Positions 1 to 12,139 of a stretch of 47,454 nt of DNA are shown piece by piece. The stretch covers positions 1-47,454 of the forward strand of contig NIVC01003281.1 of assembly GCA_002269645.1 (NCBI GenBank). Reading direction: 5' to 3'. Position numbers and translations under genes: made by a program. Within the stretch, counting starts at the first letter, position 1. Every line of letters begins with the position of its first letter. The DNA is from Macrostomum lignano. Lineage: Eukaryota. The notes below the pieces were generated by a model. That model did no database searches. It was not told where the DNA came from and saw nothing but the letters and a program-made list of their open reading frames with translations.

Positions 1-2
1 AA

Positions 3-1286
3 ATGAACGACCCACTGACACCAGTTTTCTACAAAATAAGCCTATTTTGAGTGATGATAGCACAATCAAAGCGACTCAGGTAAGAGTTCCCATCAGGAAA
101 CATAGAATGAAACTAATTTGGGTCCAGGTCAAACGCTGACATTCACATATAATGGATGTTCGTCTTTGTCAGTGTCCACAGTCTAAGGAGCGGCTTCTAT
201 ATGACGTTTCAATTCAAAATAAAGGAGGCGCAGACGCCGCTCATGCTAATGATGATCTATACAATGCGGATGTCGCACTAACCAGTAATTTCTGGCTTAT
301 ATGTTCAAAGAGTTTAATGTGTCCAATGGAAGTACAGAGTTGGAAAGAATAGCAAACTTTGGTGTGGTCTATGATACCCACTGCTTGATTGAGAACCCGG
401 ATTTTATTCAGATGGGGAGCGGTGCTGGATTCATCCCAATGAACAGACAGGAGATGAGAATGACCCTGGTTACAAAAAGAGAAAGGAGAGATACAACTAT
501 GCTCTTGCTGGTGAGAACGATGCTGCTAAGAATCCGCTGTTTAGGTCTGTAGATATTTTTGTACCTTTGAGGTTTATGAGTGGTTTCTGTAATAGCTTTA
601 ATCGGTTGACAAGCAACTTCAGCTACACATTTAGACTGACTAGAGATGATCGAACAGAGGAATTTGGTCGGGGGTCAATCATACATCGATGGAGATTAAG
701 CTAACTAGCGTGGCTGTACTTAGAAATTATTGAGCCCAAGACTGCACTCAAAGTGAATACTTGAAGGCGAGTGAGAAAGACATTGATGTTGCTTATACAG
801 CTTATATGTGCAGAGATGAGCGGAATGACGCAAGACACAATATTTGCATTAAAAAAGGCTCCTGTAGCAATCAAAGGTACATTATCGTCACTATGAGGAG
901 TACGACTAATGTAGGTAGATATCTACATGGAAACGTTCGATCGATTCAACATGAGATCAGTGACAATTTATACCTGCATTGCCACAAAATGGGAATTTCT
1001 CGGAGAACAAGATTAGTAAGTTTTACAATGAACTGTCGGACCTGGCTGTCAAAGAGAATAACGGTATTGTTTTGACAACCTTGCAGTATAAAAAACTATA
1101 GCCAATATTTGGTGTTGATGTGACTGCTAGACAAATGCCTACAGACAATAGCCTGTTAACATTGTGACTAATATCGAGCGGAAAGAATTTGGTGCCGCAA
1201 CGGCTGTTGATCTGTTATTATCTATGCATTTGAGAGGAAAATCAAGGTCAATATGATCAATAACTCGTCTAGTAAAGTTTGAATAA
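3..1286 (+). pseudogene. Beta-type adintovirus/Maverick major capsid protein (hexon, double jelly-roll), copy 1, frameshifted
   Basis: Near-identical to 27872-29169 throughout (e.g. MFKEFNVSNGSTELERIANFG, RYIIVTMRSTTN). Broken mainly by single-base indels in homopolymer runs. Confidence 0.75.
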
Positions 1287-1304
1287 TTTTTTTTCAATAA
1301 AAAA

Positions 1305-2154
1305 ATGGAAGCCATAGCCGAAAGACTAAACAACATTGTTTCACACTCTAAGGAGAGCATTCCAATCACTGTAGCGGTCGCATTACTGACTCAAACGGAA
1401 TCTTCATTCAAAATTGGAGCAACCACTTCGTTTGGATCCCGAGGCGAATTACCACGTCTATCTCAATGATTTCACTGGTGGTCAAATGTTCCCAATGTGA
1501 CAGCGGAAAATAACAAGTTTTATTACAAATGGAAGCGTACTACAACAGAGGTTGTGATATTTCCTGTCAGCACACAGAGCGTGGATACTTATAATTACTT
1601 CTTGGAGAACGTCTTCACTAAACGAAAGCATTTTGAGATACCGGATGAAAGCAAACCAGAAAATAAACTGTTCCCTGTTAGATTAACTTATGATCTAACT
1701 GTCATGAGAGTTGTCTTGCAAGTTCATAAGGACGCAGAGGTAGAGTTTAAAGATGGCACTTGTATCGCGAGTTGGGATTTGAAAAGAGAGTTATGGTGGC
1801 ACCACAGACCAAAGCCCGCCGCAGGCGCCTGGCACTGTTGCTGTGTCCCGGCTAATATCCGGTATGTACTTGGCGCCAAATATCGCTGACATTGTCAAAG
1901 GTTTGAATATATTAATTCGCAGCAATCTGAGCCATGATTGGATATTCAAGGGCACGAACCAACATACTTTTTAACATTTCAAACTCTGTTGCTGGTGGCA
2001 AAATGCTTGTGCAAAAAGCCAAACCCCGTGAAAAGAGTGATTCTGAGTAAAAGAGATACATGAAATCGTTCTGCAGTTTGAAACAGAGGATGGAGTTGGT
2101 GTCGATTTTAACGGGGAAGAGTTTGTGCTAACAATTATTATTGAGAGAATGTGA
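1305..2154 (+). pseudogene. Penton (minor capsid protein), copy 1, full length but frameshifted
   Basis: Joined frames read MEAIAERLNNIVSHSK...LEQPLRLDPEANYHVYLNDFTGWSNVPNVTAENNKFYY...ELGFEK...NIADIVKGLNILIRSNL...FETEDGVGVDFNGEEFVLTIIIERM*. This matches the adintovirus penton pattern (PL.LD, PN...NN.F.Y, LGF, G..LNF.GE.LTI). Confidence 0.7.
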
Positions 2155-2215
2155 GTCGCCTTCAGACTTGTAAAATTAAGATATAAGCCGCCAGGCACAA
2201 CCTTGTAGTTGGCTA

Positions 2216-2815
2216 CTACAACTGCCTTATAACTTCAGCAAAGTTATAATAGCTGTCAAAATCGTTAATGACTACTCCGTGTTTTCAAACCAGTGAGATT
2301 TAAGTGCTTGATTAATATTAACGACATTGATATCAAACTCAGGCCAATATTTTCTCATGTACTCGCTGCATTCAAGTTTGCATCGGTACTTACTCTTGTA
2401 ATTAGGCTCGTGCACTTTGTAATAGGAACCTGAAGAGACAACTGGAAAATTTTTATTGAGAATTTTTTTTTCAAAGGGTGAGGACCCTGCGCTGATGATT
2501 TAAAGTCTTTGGGATCTGGTAGCACGTTGCGAATTGAATGTGGGGAGAAGAATGCAGATTATTTTCTGATTGTTTCGAAGATGCTATAGGTGGATGTCAG
2601 TGGATTTTGTCAGTGTCAGTGAGCATAACAGGTGTCAATGGACACTTGTTATGCTCTGATTCTGTCAGGGATAATATGGATGGATTTAATAGGAATATGT
2701 TCTAAGTTTCGGAGCAAGTGCGACCCCCATTTTTTCTGATTCTGTCAGAGATAATGTAGATGGATTTAATGGGATTATGGAGGAGGTGAAAGAATTTGTC
2801 CCAAAAGCCCCTCAT
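2216..2815 (-). pseudogene. Uncharacterised viral gene convergent with the penton, copy 1 (frameshifted)
   Basis: Homologous to 29526-30202. The C-terminal frame GSYYK.HEPNYKSKYRCKLECSEYMRKYWP...HWFE is conserved between both copies. Confidence 0.45.
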
Positions 2816-2963
2816 GCCTTCTACTAATCTGAGTGTGAATTAAGTGAATCAGTGAGAAGGTTAAATCTGACAGTTATTTTTGTCAGTTTTATTCCTTTGT
2901 TCGCCGATGGCTCAGATGAGTAGCTAAGCTAGTAGGCGCCGGTCGCAGTGGACCAATGGCAAG

Positions 2964-3324
2964 CAGGGGCGTCGCCATGAATTTAATGGTGGGGACAAAG
3001 CCAAGAATTCGACATGTACATGTACATGACTAAATTTTGGTACTCATGCATTTAGTGCCACAGGCACTCATTTTAGCGCCGCAGGCACTCATTTTAGCGC
3101 CGAAGACACTCATTTTAGCGCCACAGGCACTCATTTTAGCGCCACAGGCACTCATTTTAGCACCGCAGACAGTCATTTGGGCGCCGAAGGCGCTACAATT
3201 TGGCGCCCTGTAGAAAAAATTACTGATTACCACAAGGTGGGGTGGAGGGGACAAAGCATTGGCATGTCCCCCAGAGCTTTTACTGGGGGACATGTCCCCC
3301 TGTCCCCCGGTGGCGACGCGCCTG
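2964..3324. mobile_element. hAT-type MITE with internal 21-bp tandem repeat
   Basis: TIRs CAGGGGCGTCGCCA / TGGCGACGCGCCTG. Perfect 8-bp TSD ATGGCAAG at 2956-2963 and 3325-3332. About 6 copies of CAGGCACTCATTTTAGCGCCA at 3059-3180. Confidence 0.85.
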
Positions 3325-4087
3325 ATGGCAAGGCAGTTCTCAGTCGATCAAACTATCAAATCAGTTAGCAAAATTGCCAATAGTGCAAAATCGGCGCTAG
3401 AGATGTACTTTGTGCACTCTAGATTCGCCAAGCGGCTCGGGTGATGAATCATGCGGTCTCTGATGTTCGAGTTAGCCTATCATCAGCGCTACGAGAGGCT
3501 AGTTGGCGCGTTGAAGGCCAAAAGTAAAATTCCTCGTATTTAGCAATGTAATAGTACATGTAGCTACCCATAGTCTCGCCACTGCAAGAATCCCTTGCAC
3601 AAGTCCCCTCTGTACCTGCATGGCCAATGCGATCAAGTCCCAGCAGTGTCCCTTGTCATCGGCTATGACTTCGAGATTGACAGCGAAAAGACACTATAGT
3701 TGGCAGGTACGTGCTAAGCCCCCTCTAGTCGGAAGCCCGATTTCGAAAGTCCCGGTTTGGTGAGCCAGGACGCACGGGCTGGTGGCAGCGGGTTAGTTAA
3801 TCTGCGGATTAGCTGATCTCTACCTTCAAAATTCTCCCTGCTTGTCTCTCGCTGTCCCTCTCTTAGCTATAGGACCTAGACTGCTTGCCACAAGATCAAG
3901 CTACCATGGGCTGACCATCTGACAGGATGACAGGAGTGGGGGGGGGCTCTAATTGATTTATTTCTGAGACCTGAGGCCCGAAGGCTTCCCGAAAGGGCCG
4001 AAAAGGCCGAACCCCATCAGTAATTATTATATAGCTTTTTGCAGCCCATTAGGGCCTACGCGCATTGAATTTAATCCAACAAGATAC

Positions 4088-4567
4088 GTTTGCCAATGAA
4101 CGGAACTTCTCTAATGGTAGCAAGGCTGGCACACCGGCATTTAATTTGGTCCATAAAGCATCAATTTGATCCAAACGCTCGTGAACCATTTGGAAAATTC
4201 TTGCCCCCTCGTAACCGTCTTCGGTTGTTGCGTACCGTTGGAATATCAGCGTGTCTACCAACAATTTTCTGTCGTTTTTCCAGAGCTCTAGCTAGCTCTA
4301 GTCCAAATCTGATAACCAACTGGAATTTCAGGTAAATTTGCTCGCTTGGCAAGTGAAAGATGAATAGAAAGGCGAAAATCACCATTAAATTAATTTAACG
4401 ACGCGTTTCGCACGATACTGTGCATCTGTGGGGCTGATCTTGCGCCTCCACAGCAGTAGCAAATGAAGCTATATGGACCAAATTGATGCTTGTTGGACCA
4501 AATTACATGCAAGTGCCGCTGTGCCAGCCTTGCTACCATAGACAAAAGTTCCGTTACATTTGCAAAC
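4088..4567. repeat. Imperfect ~85-bp inverted repeat pair (MITE-like)
   Basis: 4088-4175 (gtttgccaatgaacggaactt...gcaaggctggcac...aagcatcaatttg) matches the reverse complement of ~4478-4567. No TSD found. Confidence 0.6.
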
Positions 4568-4789
4568 CCATGGAGAGGAAACAATAAAATTAGAGGAAAT
4601 AATAGAGTGTGCTAATCTAAGCCAGTTATTTTTGTCTCGCTCGATCTTCACTTTTACGAGCATAGCATCCCTTTCCCCCGTTCCTTCCTATTGGCTCGCG
4701 ATTGCCATAGACAAAGTCGTTTTCGTCTCGTTTTTTTGTTTTCGCCCCCCCTCTGAAAGGTATGTCCCTTTCCTGCAGAAAGGTATATC

Positions 4790-5130
4790 TGCAGGATGCT
4801 TGCTATCTGGGTGGATGCTTCAACATCTGGGGGATGCTTGCTATCTGCAGAATGGTTGCTATCTGGGTGGATGCTTCTATAATATCTGGGGGGTGCTTGC
4901 TATCTGGGTGGATGCTTCAACATCTGGGGGATGCTTGCTATCTGCAGAATGGTTGCTATCTGGGTGGATGCTTCTATCTGGCGGATGCTTGCTATCTGGG
5001 GGATGCTTGCTATCTGCAGATGCTTGCTATCTGGGGTGATGCTTGCTATGAGCATTAGGGGATGCTTGCTATCTGCGGTTGCTTACTTTTGGAGGGGGGT
5101 GCTTGCTATCTAGGGGGATGCTTGCTGTCT
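4790..5130. repeat. ~18-19-bp minisatellite (GGGGATGCTTGCTATCT)n, possibly inside a non-autonomous rolling-circle-type element
   Basis: The tandem motif is directly visible. A hairpin plus CTAG (gccccgaagggggccgcactag) follows at ~5353-5376. Confidence 0.75.
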
Positions 5131-5531
5131 TGGGAATATTTTGTATTTAGCGGGAATGTCTGTTATCTTTGTGAAAATTATATTTTGTTGTCTTCTGTTA
5201 ATTTTAGAAAAAAGAGATTCATAGCAAATATCATAGTCCGTGTCAAATTTACACTGAATGTGATTTTTAAAAGTGAAGAAGGAATTGGTCTTTAAGAAAA
5301 TTTGCTTTTTTAATTGTTTTCCATGAACTATTTTTGCTTCTTGCTTATTGGGCGCCCCGAAGGGGGGCCGCACTAGATTGCTTGTATAGAGCTATATTTC
5401 CTATGTCTGCGAAATTGGATTCAGACAGCAAATTTCGGTTATCCGCTAGTAATGATTGGATACCGTAAACCAATCCGATGTAAAACATTCAAGGAATTAG
5501 CACTTTCAAGCGCTGCTTTGATCATCTTGAA

Positions 5532-5732
5532 GGACATTATTCTCTTCTGAAAGGTGTGTAAGCCCTGCAGCTACAGTAATTCCCAGCAGCCAGGACATTC
5601 CCAGGACATTATTCTCTTCTAAAGGGTGTGTAAGCCATGCAGCTACAGTAATTCCCAGCAGCCAGGACATTCCCAGGACATTATTCTCTTCTAAAGGGTG
5701 TGTAAGCCATGCAGCTACAGTAATTCCCAGCA
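5532..5732. repeat. 72-bp tandem repeat, ~2.8 copies
   Basis: GGACATTATTCTCTTC recurs at 5532, 5604 and 5676. Confidence 0.9.
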
Positions 5733-6576
5733 GCAGTGTATCCCAGCTGTGAACTGTTTTTAAACTGTACAATAAACAAGTTTTTGCTAAGAAAATGTCT
5801 ATGCACAACACAATTTTGCTAAATGAATTTATATAAGTAGTAGCCCAGAAATCTGTATTTATGTAGGTTAAATAAAAAGTTTAATGCATTCGCTTTATCT
5901 CAAGTAGCTCCTACGCTCGTACGAGTGTACCGCAAGCTATGAGTAGGCTACAGTTCTGTTCACGACAGGGAAACTGTTTTGAATAGAGGCTAGCTCTTTC
6001 GCAGCTCATAGGCCAAAGCCTTCTATAATCATGAACACGTTTTCCGGCCTCGTGCTTTGCTTTTTGTTTACTGTATCTTCACGAAATAATACACATCTAC
6101 CTTAATTAGCTGAAGAAGAGCAATATTTGCGCTGCAGAAAACACCCTGTGATATCACAGCATCTGTAGAAGTGTAGCAATAACACAAAGAAATATATTTA
6201 TATAATTCCTTTGCACAATCGTAAGTTTAATATGCAAAATTATATGCAGCTAAGAATAATTCAGAAATTTAAACTTGAGTGGCACCTTTCAAAGTGCGGG
6301 TGCTAAACTCGCGGGTAAAATTAGCAGGATACGATACACTGTTGGTTGATTTTCGTTAGTAATTTAGCAGGAGGGCACTGCCGTAATCAAGGCGACAGAC
6401 GGATACGTACGCAGGCACCCGCTCCCACAAGGTGTACTGCGGTTATGACTTTCGCATCGTCATCAGGCATGCATTAAAACCTCGGCAACTGCATTTAGCT
6501 ACCGAGGTACATAAACTACATGTGCGAGCTACGAGTTTAAAGACTTAGCAAATACACACTGTATGTTTTTAGCCTA

Positions 6577-6775
6577 GGGAGTTGCAGCCAAATGGTTAGT
6601 CCGTCGGACTCACGACTGAAAGGTCGGGGGTTCGATTCGAGACTCACTCAGAGCAATCTGTGTCCTTGAGCAAGACACTTAACTCTGCATTGCTTCAGCC
6701 AGCTGTAAAATGGGTGCCAGTATCCCTGGGGTAACTGAGGGTGTGTTTGGCGACCCCCCAGTCCTTGGTTCTTTA
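6577..6775 (+). mobile_element. tRNA-derived SINE with a conserved central domain
   Basis: tRNA-like head with A-box-like (tgcagccaaatgg) and B-box (ggttcgattc) motifs, followed by TGTGTCCTTGAGCAAGACACTTAAC...TTGCT...CAGCTGTAAAATGGGT, a block typical of widespread metazoan SINE central domains. Confidence 0.7.
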
Positions 6776-6999
6776 GTCTTTCGTTCCAACGTTGCTTGCA
6801 TGTGACACAATTTCGCATGTTATTTGCGAATGCAAATGAACCATAGGACTACAGCTCTTCATATTGAAGCTTTTGAAATTTCTTTTCCCAGACTCGCATT
6901 CACCCTCCTTGGCTTCAACTCACGACTTATTTGGGGCTCCCAATAAAATAAATTTTGTGCCCAATTTTGTGCGGCGCGTAAGAAAACCAGCACTGTCCA

Positions 7000-7400
7000 G
7001 AGCGCTGGAGGACTTCCTGAAGAGACAGGAAATGGTGTGGGCCATCACCCGCTTCCATCATGCAGGCTCAAGAAGATCAAGACAGACGAAACGCAATGAG
7101 TAGGTGGCACAGCTCGACCATGTGCTTGTACGCTTTGGTGAGCATCGCCGGGCCGTCAACTGCCGTGCTAGCATGACGCTGGCTCTGCGGCCCGGCCCGA
7201 TCATTGACTACTCGTTTGCGACCTTTGTCTTCAGTTATTGTAGCGACGAGTTTCGGCCTGGTGGTCAACACGCAGGAAACCGTTGTGCTCTTCTTTCTGG
7301 ACGCCAGCATTGAGGCGCTAACGGACAGGCGATGGAACTTCCGCGATGGCAGCAGTTTGTCTGCATCTTGTTCTGGGCTGCCTTTTGTTATATGAGGGCA
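7000..7400 (+). pseudogene. Highly degenerate non-LTR (RTE-like) reverse transcriptase fragment
   Basis: Weak residual motifs (LEDFLKR...SRRS; FGLVVNTQETVVL ~ FGL.IN..KT.VL). No intact YADD. Confidence 0.3.
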
Positions 7401-7566
7401 GTCCTGTAGACTGAAACCCTGGCTGGGACTCAAAAATGTAGGGGTGCTTATTAAGTTCCCGAAAAATGCAGCTTAAAAATTGTGCACATCAAACAAAACT
7501 TAATCAGCATTTAGATCTCGCTTTTCTACGTTCGCTTGTAAGATTTCAACCCAAATCGGTCGCAAA

Positions 7567-8420
7567 GATGCGCCGCACTAGCCAAAGTTTGGCTGAAAAC
7601 ATGCCCCCTGCCACAGCTGACAGCACTGTCCGCGATAGGCGAGTGGCGATCCTGGTCCAGTTTCGGCTGGGCAGCTCTGCGGCCGCCAGCCTCCAGACGC
7701 TGCGTGAGGCTCTACAGGATCAAGCACCATCCCAGTCGATGATGTACGAGTACGAGTAGTTTCCCTTGCGGCTCGGCCACTCTGGACGTCGATACTCGCG
7801 AGGGGCGGCCGAGTTTGGCCGTCTCCGACGGAGTCGTTGCTGCTGTTCGACGCCATGTGCTATTGAGATCGGCGATTGACGATTCGCTGATTGGAGCAGC
7901 TCGTCGGAGTGTTGGATTAAATCATCATTAAGATCCTGCACTAGCACTTTGGCATGAGAAAGCTGTCCGCTCGCGTTGCACGCAATGCGAGCCCGCGTTG
8001 AGTTTGCCGACCTCGTGGCGGCCAGGTTTGACGGAGGCTGCTCAAAGTTAGTGGATAACATTTTCGTTGGCGACGAAACCTGACTCTATTATTACGACCC
8101 AGAGACCAAGGAGCAGAGTCAGCGGTGGGTCACCAACAAAGAAGATGCTCTCCTTAAATTTTGTCGCGAGTGCAGCGTCAGCAAAGTGATGGCAACCAAG
8201 TTTTTTTCAGTCTTTTTGTCGTTTCAGCAAGGCACAGTGACGGCAGAATGATACAGCACCGTCTGCTTGTCTCAGGTTCTGCAGGCGCTCGCATAGCAGC
8301 GGCCGAAGACGCTTGAGAAAGGTATCTTCCTCCACCAGGACAACTCTCTCGTGCACCGGGCACGAGTGACCCAGGTGTTTCTTCAGGCGACCCAGCTGGC
8401 AGACCACATCATCCGCGCCG
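7567..8420 (+). pseudogene. Mariner (Tc1/mariner) transposase relic
   Basis: Across broken frames: HTH region (AAASLQTLREALQDQAPSQS; REGRPS), HFGMRKLSAR, IFVGDET*LYYYDPETKEQSQRW (DDE D1), SKVMAT, IFLHQDN (D2). Multiple stops. Confidence 0.8.
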
Positions 8421-9589
8421 AATGGTACTGCCCATAGCCGGTGCAGGAGGTGCTCTTACTGATGTTTCAGGCACACTGGGTTTCATCGACTCCCCCCTGC
8501 TGGCTGACGCTGGCGCCCCGAGATGTGGCCTATTTCACGCCAAAGCTTTGAGGCGCGCTCTGTGACACGGTTATGATTATCTACACATATATGACAGGGA
8601 ATTTCGCTGTCTTTTTCCTTGTTGTCTGATAAGGAAGCTCTAAACTTTTCACATCTTTGGGAATACGGTAATTCATCCACCCAAATTGAGCTATGTATGA
8701 TTATTCCGCAGTGATAAACAATGCATTGGTTTGGGTGAACCAATATCCGCTGTTGACAGTAAATTAAATATGACTTAATACAGAAAAAATAATTAAAACT
8801 AATTGTAGTGAGTATCACGGTAAATTTTTATAGATATGATCAAAAACCTGTGCATGCGGCTCAGGTCTTGACTGAGTCCAATTTACTTAAGGTTACTGTC
8901 GTGACTACATATACGAGCATAGATACGAGACGAATACGATAGATACGTATACGAGAGTGGTAGGGTGCAGTGTGCTAACTAGATGGAAGTGGAAATACTG
9001 CTGCGCCAGAATGCTAGAAACGTGCACACGCTATTGCACACACTGCTATTCTATGTATGCTGCAGATTAGTTTAAAAATGCAAACTAGGGCAAAACGCTT
9101 CTTTGTGAGCAAAATTACGCTCGCCAAGTATTTGCAGCGAGGTTGCCACCGCGGCTCGTGGCAGTGACAATTGCAAGCTGCACACACTTGAGGGTGGATT
9201 GGCTAGTTGTAGGGAGCAGCACTCTACAGGGCGCGAGTAAAGCAAAAATGCATTTCTGGAGCTTTTCAAAGGCCATTGTTTCTGCTAAACTAATACGAGC
9301 TACCTATAGCTGCTTTAGGCAGAAAATCTAAGCGTCCAGCAGACAATGAACCAAGCGTTTCCAAGCTAATTTTTGGGGGTTAGCTGACCGTGACAAACTG
9401 GTTAATAAATTCGTGGTTAAGAGAAGAGAATGAAACGAGCGCAATAGCGCTTGAACCCAGCTGCCTTGACCCCCTCTTTCTATATTTTCAGCAGCAATAC
9501 TTAAAGCAACCAAGCAGCTTTTGCTCCTTACATCTCGTGCTTCTCCTACTTTGCGCTGCAAGAAATCTGTTCGCTCGTTTCTGCAGTTT

Positions 9590-11449
9590 ATGATGAATTC
9601 GAATCCTATTTTGGCAATGCGCTGGTGAGTGAGAAATTTTTTTACCAAGGATTGTGATCTGTTTTATTTCACTTGCTAATTGTTTCTGATCCATCAGCTA
9701 ATTCAAAAACATGTGCACAATAATTTAGGAGCTCCTCAATTGAAAAAGACTCAGATTCTGGAAGCCTGAAAGACCCAGCGACAAAGAAGATGAAACCGTC
9801 CAGGGTAGGTTTTTTCGTAATGGATTACATGAATTCAAGTGAATTCAATTCAAGTGAGTTCAATTGAATTATAAGATAAGCACTTGTACTACTTATAGGA
9901 CCCGCAGTCGCACAGGGTTATTGAAAAGCGGCGCCGCGACCGCATGAACCAGTCTTTGAGCGATCTGAGCCGCCTCATTCCGGCCGCTTATTTAAAAAAG
10001 GTATCGAAAGTGCAACTTTTGCCCAGCCTATCGCATTCACAATTTTGACCCCAAAAACGCCATGGGTTTAACTTTCAGGGCCAGAGTCGAGTCGAAAAGG
10101 CTGAGATAATTGAACTTGCGACACAACATCTCGTGGCTCTGTCAGCACAGCTGAAAAAATGTGAAGGTAAACGCATAGCACTTATTCAATGCCTTTATTT
10201 ACTCCCATATTTTAGCGAAATCAAATAAAAATGTTTAACAATCATTTCAGCTTCGATGGGTACCGACTTTCCTCGCTCCGAAAGTTCCTGCTGCGTCGGA
10301 AAGTTTTTTTTGGGATTCCGAGAAGCCAGCAAGTCTGCAGTGACCTTTCTCAATGAGCAAGAGGGGCTCAGCAGCAACGACCCTCTGTGCTGCAAACTAA
10401 GGGCTCACCTGCAGACTCTGTCTCAGCGAGTGTTGCCTGGTTAGAAATGAATCTAACAATCTGAATTTTTATTCCTAAGCGTTTATTAACTTTTGTCGTT
10501 ACTACGATCGCATTGTAACTGCAAGCATATGGTTTCACATTATTAAAAAACTTTAAAGCTAAAATTTAGTCTTTTTTTAAGTTACACACACTTGAAAACA
10601 TCCGCCAAAGTTTCTGGTACTTTATTTGCAACACAAACAGATGAAGCCACGCCACAACCGACGGCTCCAGCCTCCGAGGCAAAGTCAGGGCCGTCCGAGG
10701 AGGCCCAACAATCGTTGCCGGCGCACTCCGCTTCCTGCTGCTCCACTGATGAGGCTCACAGTGACGCATCTTTTGATGCGGGTTGTGGCCCCTCCGTCGA
10801 TGACATCAAAAAAAGCAGGCGTGACCCAAAAAGAAACTTTAGGGAAAGATTTGAGGTAAGCCAAAGCACTTTTCAAGGCTGGTGCAACCTTTACACAAAA
10901 TTCATGGCAAAGTAAAGGGGCCTTCAAACTAGCTCGTAATTTTTTACTTTTAGGATTAATAATTTCCAGTAAGTACATTCAAATAGAAAGTAAATTTTAA
11001 TTAATATACAATTTCATGGCACTGAATGCACCAAAATTGGATTCTGCTTAGAATAAACCACAACACACGAATGTAAAGCACTAGTTCTGAAATTCCTGCA
11101 GGCTGAGGTGGCGAAGAGCCGAGAGGGTCGGAAGCGCCAAGCGGCATCCCCCCTTCCTGAGGCGGGCGAGCGAAGTCCCGACTATCGCGACCGTGTCCGC
11201 TTGCTTGGTGGCCTCGGTGAGACTGTCGAGGAAGCAAACAGGACTGCGAAGCTTCAGGTGGCCGAACTCCTTCTGCCAGGTTTTGTGCTGCATGAGTCGG
11301 GAACTTTCTACGAGCCTATGGTGGTGTCTCAGTCCAGCCTGGGGGTGGAACGGCTGAGCCGATGTGGGAAACCTCTTCACCCCGTTTCCATTCCTGTTAA
11401 TTTCCGCACAACTAGATTTGTTCGCTGTCACCTGCCGCCAGATGCTTGA
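9590..11449 (+). CDS. cwo: Clockwork orange-like bHLH-Orange transcription factor, 7 exons (9590-9624, 9729-9804, 9899-10000, 10079-10166, 10251-10439, 10641-10855, 11102-11449)
   Basis: b[51 protein letters not shown]. Orange domain FLGFRE...FLNEQEG...LCCKLRAHL. cwo-type C-terminal motifs KRNFRERF and [14 protein letters not shown]...[10 protein letters not shown]. All introns are GT-AG with consistent phases. The start codon is provisional because an acceptor at 9586 allows an upstream exon. Confidence 0.85.
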
Positions 11450-12139
11450 TATGCTTTGCTGGCCCCGACCGACGAGTTGACTGCGATGTCATACAACTGT
11501 AAAGCACAGCTTCGGGTTCCGTTTTATTAACCGACCTTATGTTACACTATGTTACATTCTTATGAATTTTTGGCCTATGTTTCAGATCTGTATCATTCTA
11601 TTTGACAAACAGCAGACAAGCACAATACTGCATGGCGTATGCTTACTCAAATTCCTACTACTGTACAGCAGTGATAAAAAAGCGATTCATAAGAAAAGTG
11701 ATTCACAAATTTCTTCACGTGAGCCGAAACAGTTTAAATTTATTAGAAATAGAGAAAGAAGAAAAGTTTACTTTTTTCATACAAATAACTGAAAACGCGC
11801 AGCGCATTAGAATCTTCGTTTTTAAGATAAAATACAGGTCTTGCTGCTTATGAGATAACTGAAAAAAGCAAAAATATTTCATAAAAACTCAGATTACAAA
11901 TGCTCTTTTTGTCTGAGCTTGTCTGAGCTAAAATTGCTCATTTAGGTGCTTGTAAAACGCTGCTGGGTCAGGATACTGGGTGAGGATCTCAGCCAACTAA
12001 AAGCGACTGCTTTGAGCGTTAACTTAACTGAGTTTAACTACGAGTAATACTGTAGACAAAAATTCTGACGCTCTATAAAACAAACTTGGCCTAGCGAATC
12101 TACGAGTACATTTATAAATACAGTAGTAGTGGGTTGGGC

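Noticed and set aside
6577-6650. Functional tRNA gene
   Set aside because: Poor cloverleaf and acceptor stem, and it continues directly into a SINE body.
7020-7065. Ty3/gypsy RNase H (WAITRFHH)
   Set aside because: A single short motif; neighbouring remnants fit a LINE RT better.
8900-9590. CACGTG E-box cluster regulating cwo
   Set aside because: No canonical CACGTG was seen in this upstream region.
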